Positions 35,784-48,300 of a DNA stretch of 64,000 bases are shown one piece after another. A program made the translations under genes and the position numbers. Position 1 is the first letter of the stretch. Each line of letters begins with the position of its first letter. The notes beneath the pieces are model-generated. The model was not told the origin of the DNA. It searched no databases and was given only the letters and a program-made list of their open reading frames with translations. Source of the DNA: Dendrobates tinctorius (lineage: Eukaryota). Location of the stretch: contig NW_027361982.1 of the NCBI RefSeq assembly GCF_039654945.1, positions 6,200,001 to 6,264,000 of the forward strand, given 5' to 3'.

Positions 35784-36337
35784 GATTATTATTCTAAACA
35801 GCATTAGATAAAGAGTTTAAAATACATGGAGGAAAGTATTCACACAGTCATTAGACACATTATGTTTCTGACTTTTTTTTTTTTAAGTTTAAAATGCCTG
35901 ATAACAGCAAGTGTACTTTATAGAAAACAATAGGACCTACCCATCCTAAAGTATATAGATTTAAAAGAAAAAAAAAGAAACCGCATAAAACAAGCTGCGA
36001 ATGGTGTAGTATGAGGGATGGAAGTTCAATCTTCAATCCATTGGGGAGCATCTCCACTACATTGGAGGGAGACTTAAAAAAACACTTAAGGGCATTTGAA
36101 GCTTCTGCTTTTTTTTTGTTTTCCAATTTTCATATTTTAAACAGAGTAAAATTATACACTTAACACAGATACAGCTTCTGCTTTGTGAACTATCAGACGA
36201 CCCCTCTATATTCAGGACCATATAAGCCTCCACTTACAGCTGATGTACAGCTCTTAAAGTTGGCCGCTGTAGATCACACAAAAAAAAAAAAAAAAAAAAA
36301 GGAGGTTTATAGATAAAACTTGCTTCTGATGAGCGGC

Positions 36338-36795
36338 TCATTTCCGGTTTGCACGTGCTGTGCCGATCACACATTCATTCACCTAAAACAGAATGTTAAA
36401 TAAATATCCGTAATAATATCAATACTAGAGATGAGTGAATAAACTTACAGGAACCCGGTTCAGCACCCACCAACTACTGACCTGGCACCAGGGACCTGCA
36501 CATTTATCCACTCATCTCTAATCACTATCATGATAACGTTGCTCAATGCAGTAAGGAAGCATCCATTATAGGTTAATAACCAGATTATAATTTAACTAAG
36601 TTGTTCTTAAATTCTTGATATCCAGATTACAAGTTACAGTGGAGGCCACTTCAGGCAAGAGCTTCAACAAAAGGGACTCCCCACAGTGATCCTTGAAAGC
36701 AAATCTCTCAATACCTTACCTTGCTGGCGAACCGTAAAGAGTTCACAGACTCTGCAAAGTTTTCTTCCAAAGGGGAAATATTAACAAACATTAAC
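36338..36795 (-). CDS. KIFC1: KIFC1 last two coding exons (36795-36720, 36382-36338)
   Basis: [25 protein letters not shown] | [14 protein letters not shown]. Confidence 0.95.
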
Positions 36796-39700
36796 CTATA
36801 ATAAAAAGATAATTACATATAGTAAGAAAAATAAAAAAAATAATAGATAATGAAAAGTAAAATTTTCAAGCTGCTTATACACATTACACAGCCGGCTAAC
36901 TGCTGTCTCCCCCAAACATGGGAAGCGTTCCTGCTGTGTTTCCTACCAGAAAGCTGCTGGCAGAATCTTATGGCAGTGGGTAATCTCTCCACCGAAGAGC
37001 AGAACTGGATCATTTAAAGGGGCATTCTCAGGTTATTAAATCACCAACCAATCACAAAGCATCTTTCATTTCACCAGAGCTGTTCAAAAGAAGCTAAGCT
37101 GTGATTGGTTGCTATGACCAACAGTTTTCCCTGCAACCAATCACCTCCCATTTCACCAGAGCTGGTTAAAAGTAGCTGAGCTGTGTTTGGTTGCTAAGCG
37201 CAAAGTTTTCCCACTTGACAACACCTCAGCAGACACTGACATGGTGGGAGAAATCTAACATCCCCAGGAACATAAGCTCCAGCCATCGTCTGTCCCCCAG
37301 AAAGGAGCAGTGAGTACATGACAGAAATGAATCCCCCCCCCCCCTCCCGTGTGGTATCATTAAGGCTGTGTGCCCACGATGCGAATTTTTAAGCGCTTTT
37401 GCCGCGATTTTCGGCGCAAAAACGTTTAAAAATAGTGTACAGAACGCCCCCCATGCATTCCTATGGCATTCCGCACATGCTGTGCTAATGCTGCGCTTTT
37501 TTCCACGGCGGAATCGCATCGTGGGAAAAAAAAAATTGCAGTATGCTCGTTCTTTTGTGCGGAATCGCAAAGAATTGCCGCGATTCCGCACACATAGGAA
37601 TGCATGAGAACCGCTTACTTCCCGCATGTGGCTATGCCCACCATGCGGGAAGTTAAGCGTCTCATGTGCAGTTGGTACCCACGGTGTGGAGGAGAGGAGA
37701 CTGTCCTCCAGGCCCTGGGTACCATACCCCTGTAAAAAAAACAAAACAAAACAAAAAAAAAAAAAAAAAAAAAAAAATCGGGTATATTTACTTTCAGGCG
37801 TCCCACGCTGCATTCCCGGGCCTCAGCGTTCCCAGTAATGCCTTGCGAGACCTGTGATGACGTAGGTCTCGCGTGACTCTAGCGGTCTCGCGAGATCGCT
37901 ATAGTAACGCGAGACCAACGTCATCACAGGTCTCGCAAGGCATCGCTGGAAACGCCTAGGCCGGGATGGCAGCGCGGGACGTCAAAAGGTAAATATACCC
38001 CGATTTTTTATTTTTTTTTTTAAATTATTTTTAACATTTTATCTTTTACTACTGATGCTGCATAGGCAGCCTCAATAGTAAAAAGCTGCTCACACTTGTC
38101 AAACACTATGTTTGACGAGTGTGACCAACCTGTCAATCACTTTCCAAGCGATGCTTCAAATCGCTTGGAAAGCGCTTGAGAAAATTGCGGCAAAATCCCA
38201 AATATAATCGCGGTAAAATCGCGGTGAAAAAGCCGCGCGATTTCTGGGAAGGAGTCCGGTTTTTAGTGTGCGTTTTAACACGCAACGTGGGCACATAGCC
38301 TAAGTGACACACATGAACGTAGGAAAGCGCACATATTAAATGTCATGTGGATTTAATATTTTCTCAGACACTTGCATTATTGATGCGTTACTGTGCTCTG
38401 ATGCTGTGAGTTTTTTTAAAGTGTTACTTTCCCCATAATTCACATGAATATACCCATATAACACGTAATGCTTTTCCCATAACAATCCATTAAATATGAT
38501 ACTATACTGCATACAGATGCTGTACATCCATGAGCAACTCAGCTGGACAAATTACAAGTTGACGGTGCATGAAAATGTGTGTGTGAAGGTTTCTCTACTG
38601 TAATAATGTATAAGGTTTGTGCCTGTCCATTGGTGAAAAGCATGACTGATATTTATGGTGGCAGATAAGTGAGAATATCAGCCTGATCAGTAGAAAACTT
38701 GGGATCTTAGTGAACCAGGTTTCTGTGCAATTTCACTATTCTACTTTTACTAGCTCTGACGGGATGATGTGGGATGTTATAGTGAATGTGGCTATGCCGA
38801 GTGGGCGGGGCTCTACACTCAGATTAATTATAATATATATTTTTTGTTATAACTAACCGTAGTTAGTTACTATGCCCGGGCAACGCCGGGCTCTTCAGCT
38901 AGTGATAGATAAAAGGGAACAGTGTAAAGCTGGATTACATTGGGCTTGACCACTAGAGCCTGCCCGGAGTTACATTCCAGAGGAGTTAACTCATAACATA
39001 CCCATCAGCTCTCTCCAGCCCATTGATTTCTCTACAGAATTTAGCTGTTCAGCTCCAGACAAGCTGCTTTTATAAAATCCCCAGCCGTCACCATCTGCTT
39101 CTGTCAGAACAGGTCTCCTAATTATGGCTCTCACTGTCCAGATCTGTGTGCTTTTTCAAACACCCTGTTATCTCTACGTGTACCTCCAGAACAAAACCAA
39201 TAATTCTTTACAGCAGAACTGGTGTAAAGCTTTATAGTTCTACTAATACTACAGCTTTGCTACTCCCCAGACCTGTCACTTAAGGAGGAGAGCCCACCCC
39301 TTAGAAACCAGGAAGTGAATGATGGCAAAACAGTTTACTGCTCAAGAGACGAGAGGGTCCCATACACAATAGATGGCCGGCCAATCCTGACATAAGTGGT
39401 CCGAACACGTCATTTTTATCATGTGCACTTGGCCTTACAATAAAGGCTATATAGAACACTACATTTCTTAATGCATCCCTCCAATTCCCAGAGTGCAGGA
39501 GCATGTAGAGATCACAAGTGTATGGAAGAGGAGTACATGAAAAATATACTGTATTTTTCGGCTTCTTGCAGCTGCTGGGCGTTCCTGTGTGCCGGCTACT
39601 TAAGGCAATGAGTATTTACTGCATTCCACTCCCAACATCTCTTTAGTAGTGGCACACGTGAAAGCCCAGCAGCTGCAAGAAGCCAGCGGGTGCAGTTGAC

Positions 39701-42298
39701 ACTGTGCTCGCTAAAGAGCAATGAATACTCACTGCGCTCCACACACAGTCCCGGCGTGGAGAGCAGTGAGTATTCCAGCAGCTGTGCTTGGTTTCTAAGC
39801 AGCGCATGATGTCACAGCCATGCACTGATTGCAAACATAAAGCAGCTGCTGGCACCGGAGCAGGATGCTGCAATGACGTGCAGGGAAGGCAAGTGTTTAT
39901 TTATTTTTTTTTTTCTTCTGCTGGTGCCACGCATACCAGGACGGAGATGGGTCCCTGCATACCAGGATGTGGATGGTGGCCAATCATACCAGTACAGATG
40001 AGGGAGCCATGCATACCAGGATATGGGATATATTAAGTATAAAATTGACCACATTTTTGGCTTCATTTTTTTAAAAAATTTTTTTATATTTCCTCCTTTA
40101 AAACCTAGGTGTGTCTTATAGTCCGAAAAATATGGTAGGACTTACACTTTTGAGTTTCCACCCAAGCTGTTCTGCAGCAGGTACGTCAACTTACTATTCC
40201 GATACGGTATATGGACATCCTGCCAGTAGAAGAAATTTTTTTTTAATGTTTGAAATATTACAATATAAGAAATATGTAATTATACAGACGAGTCTGTACC
40301 TTATTACATAATGAAGTAATAACCATTCCCAATGTGGACAGTGAAGTGTTAATGCTTTGTGTTTCCTTCAACCGATCTCCTGTGGAAAGAGATCGGTCCA
40401 GACGCTCACTCCCAGCAAGGTCGATCAGGCTTAGGACAGCTAAAAACAGAACAAAACCTTAGTAAAAAAATAAAGTATTAAACCTGACAAAAAAACCTTC
40501 CCATCACACTAAACCAGTATGTGACAGAGTGCTGCCGCGAAGCATCGCTTCCTGCTCCAGCTGGAGAATTCTCTTATTTGTGGCAGACCCCATCAGAGTG
40601 AATATTACACTGACAGTCATGTCAGTCCATAAGCATTGAGGAACTTCTACGTCCTACATGGTTACTTATGACATGAAGTACAGTACAGGACTTTAGATGA
40701 CAATTTTGGAGCCTACTTGTTCTGGAGATCTGCTGCCTCCTCCTTGTAGGAGCCCAGATAAGCACACCTGTACTCTGCCCAAAACTTACATGATGTCCGG
40801 ACATCTCTGAGACAGTTTTCTCCCTCTATTTTCAGCTGAAACACACTGTGGCTACGAGACGATCGGTCATTAAGAGCAGTTTTCGCCACAGATCGGTTTG
40901 TTTTTGCCATTTGCAGAAGTTCATGCACCTAATAAACAAATGCATTCAATTAGTGAAAAGTAATGAAATAAGGTGTAGTCTTATTCTACAGTGAGCCACG
41001 GTTAATATCACAGATCCTCCTCACCTCTTCCACGCTGGAAACGTCTACGTAACGCAGGTTGGTGACATGTACTTCATTGCTGGAAGGACTGACTTTCCGA
41101 ATGTCATACTCTTGTTTCTTGTCTGGTCGGTTTACCAACAAATCCCTCAGGGTCTCATTATAAATCTCAAGGAAACTAGCCGTGAACTTATACTTGGGAA
41201 GACAAAATATTATATATATAGTAAATCAAACCGTCCACTTAGGAAGCAACACTGATTGACAATCAATTTCACATTTTGTTGTGCAAATGGAATAGACAAC
41301 AGATAAAAATTATTGGTAATTATCAAGACACCCTCAATAAAGGAGTGGTTCTGCAGGTGGGATCCACAGACCACATCTCAGTACCAATGCTTTCTAGCTG
41401 ATGTTTTGGTCACTTTTGAATGTTGGTCGTGCTTTCACACTCGTGGTAGCACGAGATGGACTCTACAACCCACACAAGTGGCTCAGGTAGTGCAGCTCAT
41501 CCAGGATGGCACATCAAGGCAAGTGGTACGCAAGAAGGTTTGCCGAGTCTGTCAGCATAATGTCCAGAGGCTGGAGGCGCTACCAGGAGACAGGCCAGTA
41601 CACCAGGAGACGTGGAGGGGGCCGTAGGCGGGCAACAACCCAGCAGCAGGACAGCTACCTCCGCCTTTGTGCAAATAGGAACATGAGGAGCACTGCCAGA
41701 GCCCTGCAAAATGACCTCCAGCAGGCCAAAATGTGCATGTGTCTGCACAAATGGTTAGAAACCGACTCCATGAGGATGTTCTGAGTGCCCGACGTCCACA
41801 GATGGTTGTGCTCACAGCCCAACACCGTGCAGGAATGCTTGGCATTTGCCACAGAACACCAGGATTGGCAAATTCTCCACTGGTGCCCTGTGCTCTTCAG
41901 AGATCAAAGCAGGTTCACACTGAGCACATGTGACAGACGTAACAGAGCCTGGAGACGCCGTGGAGAGCAATCTGCTGCCAGCAACATCCTTCAGCATGAC
42001 CGGTTTGGCAGCGGGTCCACCAACGTCATGCTGCACCACAGACTATCCAGGAGTTGGCGGATGCTTTAGTTTAGGTCTGGGAGGAGATCCCTCAGGAGAC
42101 CATCCGCTGCCTCATCAGGATCATACCCAGGCGTTGTAGGGGGATCATACAGGCACGTGGAGGCCACACCCAATACTGAGCCTCATTTTGAGTTGTTTTA
42201 AGGACATTACATTCCACTTTAATTTTGTGTGACTCCAAATCCAGGCCTCCATTTGTAATAAATTTGATTTCCATTGATGATAGATACAGTAATATATA

Positions 42299-42343
<45 letters not shown>

Positions 42344-45300
42344 ATTCGCGTATAAGCCGAGATTTTCAGCCCATTCACCCCCGGTCGGCGGGGGTGTCAG
42401 ATCATACTCACTCCCTCCTGGCACGGTCTGTGCAGCCCCCTGCTCTTCCTGCGCTCAGCGGTCACATGGTACCGCTCATTAAATTCGTGAATATGTGCAT
42501 ATTCATGAGTCTACTGAACAGTACCATGTGACCGCTGGAACCTGGAAGAGCTGCCACCGACACCATAGAACAAGCAGGCGCCGCAGAGACCGTGCGCCAG
42601 GAGGGGTCGAGTATCACAAGGGAGGACGGGGAGCAGTGCAATATTCACCTGTCCCCGTTCCACCGCCGCTCTGTCCTCCGCGTCCTCTGACTGATGTTCA
42701 GGTCAGAGGGCATGATGATGCAGTCAGTGCGCGCCCTCTGCAGAACGTCACTGCAGAGACCCGGGAGACAGGGCGACGTGCAGCGATGGAGCAGGGACTA
42801 GTAAATATCGCCAGGGCTGGGGGGCCTGAGCCAGCGGCAACACCAGCACCTGGCCCATATAGCGCGCCAGTGTCCCCGCCTGCTCAGAACACTGGCACCT
42901 GGCCCCCAGCGATGATAGGGGAGTATTTTTTTTTCTTTTTTAAATTGCAGCAGCAATATATGGGGGGTATTTGTCTATGGAAAATCTTCTTGGGCCACCA
43001 TTAACCCTTGTGCAGCATTTTCGGGGGGGGGGGGGGGGGGGGGGTATCTATGGAGCATCTTTTTGGACCACCATTAACCCTTGTGCAGTACCACCCTCAG
43101 CTTATACTCGAGTCAATAAGTTTACAGTTTTTTGTGGCAAAATTAGGGGTCTCAGCTTATACTTGAGTATAATATGTATATTATATCTAACCACAGCAGA
43201 ATGTAGAGGAAGAACCCCCCCTTAAGACATGAGCACAAGGCACTGACCTGCCAGCCTTTACACTTCAGCTCATCTGCGCTGGTGAAAATCTGCCGGATAG
43301 CTCTAGGTATCATTCCCATGGTGTCCACGCATAGGTTTTCTGGACCCTCCATAGTATACGTCTTCCCACTGCCGGTCTGGCCATATGCAAATATGCACAC
43401 AGGATATCCATCGAGGGCAGACTACAGGGGAGAAAGCCTAGGGTAAACTGAGGAAACATGGAGTGAAGCCACCGGTCGAAAACATGGATGTGAGCCTTAC
43501 CTGAACCAGCAAAGAAATCTCTTCGAACACAGCCGCCTGACTAGTGCTAGGTGGGAAGATGCAGTCGAAACTAAAGTCATATTTGACAGCCTGACTCTTA
43601 TCACGACCGATGTGAGACTAATGGAGATGAAAAAATAAGTCAGTAACCCCACAGGCAGCTCTGTCATTTCACTTTGGCTGATACGCTTACCTCCTCAGTC
43701 TTAGTTAATAGTATAGCCTTCTCATCACTAGGGGAGAAAATAATGTGCCCTGCAGGAGAAGGCTTCTCCGAAGGCAGCGTCGGCCGGACTCTGCAGAAGA
43801 CACGAATGTTTCCCTAGTGTGGAAAGGACCAGATGAGGCAGAGGTTAGATAAGATCACTTACGATTAGAATAGCTGGCAGAGAGTCCGGGGTCACGTACC
43901 TTCAGCTCCTGCACAGTGTTGTGTAACCGTCTGCGCTCATTTTCCAGCGTGTATATTTGTGTGTCCATTTCTGTTACACGACATTTCAGATCATTTATCT
44001 CCTGGCTTTGCTCTCTGACCGTGGACTGCAGTCTTGAGTTCTCTCCCTCCAGACAAATCAACCGCCCCTACAAGAATCCAACAAGTAGAAATGATGTCCA
44101 GCGGTGAATGAAGGTAAAAATTAACTTTTGATTCGTCATTTGTTAAAACATGGTACAATGACTGTCCAGCACTGTGTACACACTCGCTCAAGAACTGGAT
44201 AGATCTAGACATATGATTTGTTGGTGAGCCATTTTCTTTATACTTTTTGCCTCTACAAGAAGGTTTAACCAAATTGTGGTCAACCTGCACAAAGTGGCCC
44301 ATGGGATCAGCAGGAATCATACAATGATAATCCACATATATTTCACCTCCTTGTCCTTTAGTTGCTGTGTCACACTCTGATTAGTGGTCCTGAGCTCGTC
44401 CACCACACATTTCTCAGTTTCCAGGTCCGATTCCAGCCTCTGGCTGAGCTCAGTCAGCCGCTGCACCTCCTTCTCAGTCTGCGACAACTTCTTCTGCTCA
44501 GATTGCAGCTTGGACTCTGATGAACTAAATTTGGGATATAACACAATGTTGTAGAATAAAAAGCAAATGGGGTAAGACTAGAGAAGCTTTATATACAAAG
44601 CCCTGCTAGGAAAGAGGATGCAAGATAAAGGACAGGGTGTATCGCAAGATCTAAGCCACAATTCACCGTAGCTGCTGGCTGAGGCCACAATTCTGGCTTG
44701 TAAGAAGCTCCACTTGCTTCTGTAGTTGCTCACTGGTGGCCTGGAGACGAGTATTTTCACCTGACAATGATTGTACTTTTCCTTTGTAATTAGTGACCTT
44801 GTCCTTCATGTCATTAACTTGGCCCTTCAGATCCCAGGCGGCACGTTTCTTGTTACCTGCTGAAGCTACAACCTGTGGAGCTGGAGGATGAGGAAAGAAA
44901 TATGACAGTTAATATTCAGCAATATCGAATATTAGATGCTATAACTTCAGTCTTGCCATATTTATCCCACATCCCTCCAGTCTTATTCACTACTATGAGT
45001 GATGAGGCTGACAGCATACGATACACGGTCCTAATGTGTGTCTACTGCTGCGGAGGAGACGCACAACATTAGTATTAGCCTGCTGCAGCCCAGGTGCTCG
45101 CTAATATGTAAGCTTACCTGCTGCTTGTACTTTTACTTTAGCAGCACCTATAGGTGGAAAATAAAAGTTACAATATGCTAGATGTTAAGGAATTAAAGCA
45201 GATCTGTCACTAGATGTAAAAATATTAAATAGATATATATCTATCCTGGCCCTGATGAGGAGGAAGCGTTACATTGAACACTGACATTCTTTCTGAACAC

Positions 45301-48300
45301 AGCATTTTATGAGTTCAGCTATGAACATTGCTAGATATTATGAGTCCAAGTGTAGTCGGTCTGCAATGTCCATCTCTGCCTACACGGCGTCTGAAAAAGA
45401 GGGATTTTTGGGTTCTTACCGTAAAATCTTCCTTGGAGCCTTCATTGGGGGTGTATGCTGCCACTATGCAAAAAAGAAAATTAGCTCCTCCCCGGCAGTA
45501 TACACCCACCGACAGGTCCCAAGTACCTCAGTTGGTGAGAAAAGCAGTAGAACCAACAAAAAAACCTCTTAAAATAAAGTACCAACCCAACAAGGGACTC
45601 GTAAACCCAACATGGTACAACTTAAACAGGGAGGGTGCTGTGTCCCCCAATGAAGGCTCCAAGAAAGATTTTACGGTAAGAACCCAAAAATCCCTCTCTC
45701 TTTATCGCTTCATTGGGGAACACAGATTACCATGGGACGTCCCAGAGCAGTCCCGAGGGTGAGAACAGCAATTAAGGAGCGAGAAGGAAGGGCTTAGGTC
45801 GGCCGGTGTGCAACCACCGCCTGCAGAACTTTCCTACCTAAGCCTGCATCAGACGAGGCCTGGGTACGAACCTTGTAGAACCTCGCAAAAGTGTGCAAAG
45901 ACGACCAGGTCGCGGCTTTGCAAAGTTGTAAAGCCGAAGCATGGTGTCGGACAGCCCAAGAGGCCGCTACAGTCCGGGTGGAGTGGGCTCTCACTCCCGG
46001 AGGGGGCAGTTTCTCCTGAAGGCAGTAAGCTTCCAGTATCGTAGAACGAATCCAGCGAGAGATTGTGGATTTGGATGCCGGGAGCCCTTTCCGGCGACCT
46101 TCAGAGATGACAAGCAGGGAATCGGATTGACGAAGAGAAGCGGTCCTGGCAAGATATACACGCATGGCTCTCACCACACCCAGTTTGTGGAGCGATTTTT
46201 GGACAGGCGCAAGACAAAAGGAGGGAAGGACGATATCCTCATTAATGTGGAAAGAGGATACCACTTTGGGAAAGGAGGGAACGGGCCTGAGAACGTCCTT
46301 ATCCTGATGGAGGATTAGGTACGGGGAACGACAGGATAAAGCCACCAGCTCAGAAACTCTCCTAATGGATGTGATGGCAATCAGAAAAGTTACCTTCCAT
46401 GAGAGAAGGGAAAGAGGAATGTCCTGAATAGGCTCGAACGGTGCATTTTGGAGAGCGCCGAGAACGAGATTAAGGTCCCACGGATCAATCGGAGAATGAT
46501 GAGGAGGAGCCACGTGGGCGACTCCCTGGAGAAAGGTCTTAACTTGCGGTAAGGGGGCCAGATCCTTCTGAAAAAGAAAATCGATAGAGCCGAGACCTGG
46601 CCTTTGAGGGTATGAGGGACAGGCCCGCATCTAGGCCGGACTGGAGGAAGCCAAGTATGGATGGAATGGAGAACGACAATGGAAAAACATTGTTATCGTT
46701 GCACCAACGGAAAATAACCTTCCAGTACCTATGGTAAATGCGGGAGGAGGCTGGTTTTCTGGCTCTGATCATGGTCTGAATGACCTGGTTGGAAAAATCT
46801 GATTCTCTCAGAATCGCGGCCTCAACAGCCATGCCGTTAAACTCAGACTGAACTCTGGTGGTAAAGGGGGCCTTGAGAGAGAACATCTGGACGGTCTGGA
46901 AGCCTCCAGGGGACGTCCGCGAGCATGTTCACCAGCTCCGCACACCAAGGTTGTCTCGGCCAGTCTGGAGCCACCAGAATCACTGGGATGCCTTCTGATT
47001 TTGTTTTCTTGACCACCCTTGGGATCAAGGCAAGGGGAGGGAAAAGGTAAGTAAGTTGGAACTGGGACCACGGAATTACCAGGGCGTCGCAACCAACGGC
47101 CAGAGGATTCCTGGACCTGGCTACGAAGCGAGGAACTTTGTGGTTCATCCGAGACGCCATGAGATCGACGTCCGGGGTGCCCCAACGCTGACATATCTGA
47201 CTGAAGATAGTGGGGTGTAGGGCCCATTCGCCTGACGCTAGGCCCTGGCAACTTAGGAAGTCGGCTGCCCAATTTTCCACCCCTGGGATGTGAACGGCGG
47301 AGATCGCCAGAACGTAACGCTCTGCCCAACGCAGAATCTTTGCTACTTCTGCCATTACTTGTCTGCTGTGAGTACCGCCCTGGTGGTTTATGTATGCCAC
47401 GGCTGTGGCTTTGTCTGACTGAATGCGTACTGGTTTGTCTACGAGGAGAGGCTGCCAGTTGAGGAGTGCAAGGAAGATCGCTCTGATTTCCAGAAGGTTG
47501 ATGGGGAGAAGAGCCTCCTGGGCGTTCCAGCACCCTTGGGCAGTTTTCTGATGGAAAACCGCTCACCACCCTAGAAGACTGGCATCGGTGGTGATGACTT
47601 GCCACTGAGGCGGGAGAAAGGACCTCCCCTGCAGGGCTGACGCAGGTATTGTCCACCAAGTCAGGGACTGCCTTACTCTGAGAGGCAGGAGTATGGGGCG
47701 ATCCAGAGAGGCAGAGGTCTTGTCCCAGGCTGAAAGGAGGGACAGCTGGAGAGGACAAGCGTGAAATTGTGCAAAAGGCACTGCTTTCATGGAAGCCATC
47801 ATCTTCCCCAGGACCCTCATGCAGCACCGAAGAGGAATGGGCCCTGTCAGTTTTAGGGATCAAATTCCCTTGCAAAGGGCTGAAAATTTGTCCTTCGGGA
47901 GAAACACCCGGGCAAGATTCGTGTCGAATTCCATGCCCAAGAAAGTCAGACGCTGAGTCGGAAGCAGGGTGGACTTTTCTCTGTTGACTATCCAACCGAG
48001 ACGGGAGAGAGTATCCAGAGTTATCTGAAGACAGTCTTGGCAGGACGAGCCCTTGATCAACAGATCGTCCAGATAAGGGTTAATGAGGATCCCCCTGGAG
48101 CGAAGTATGGCCATGACTGTCGCCATCACCTTCGTAAAGACACGGGGAGCCGAGGCTAGGCCGAAGGGAAGGGCCGTGAATTGATAGTAGTTCTCCTGGA
48201 TCGCAAAACGAAGGAATCTCTGATGTTGCAAACAAACAGGGATGTGAAGATAGGCATCCTGTATGTCCACAGAGCAGAGGAACTCTCTGGGTTCCATCGA

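Noticed and set aside
44866-44874. Acceptor at 44873 (ccacag|GTT) for the [10 protein letters not shown] exon
   Set aside because: It is phase-incompatible with the upstream phase-1 exon. The acceptor at 44881 follows the pyrimidine tract and keeps the frame.
45794-47400. Phage integrase plus adenine methylase suggesting a prophage or bacterial contamination
   Set aside because: Both are standard DIRS1 domains, bounded by ITR/ICR structure inside a spliced vertebrate gene.
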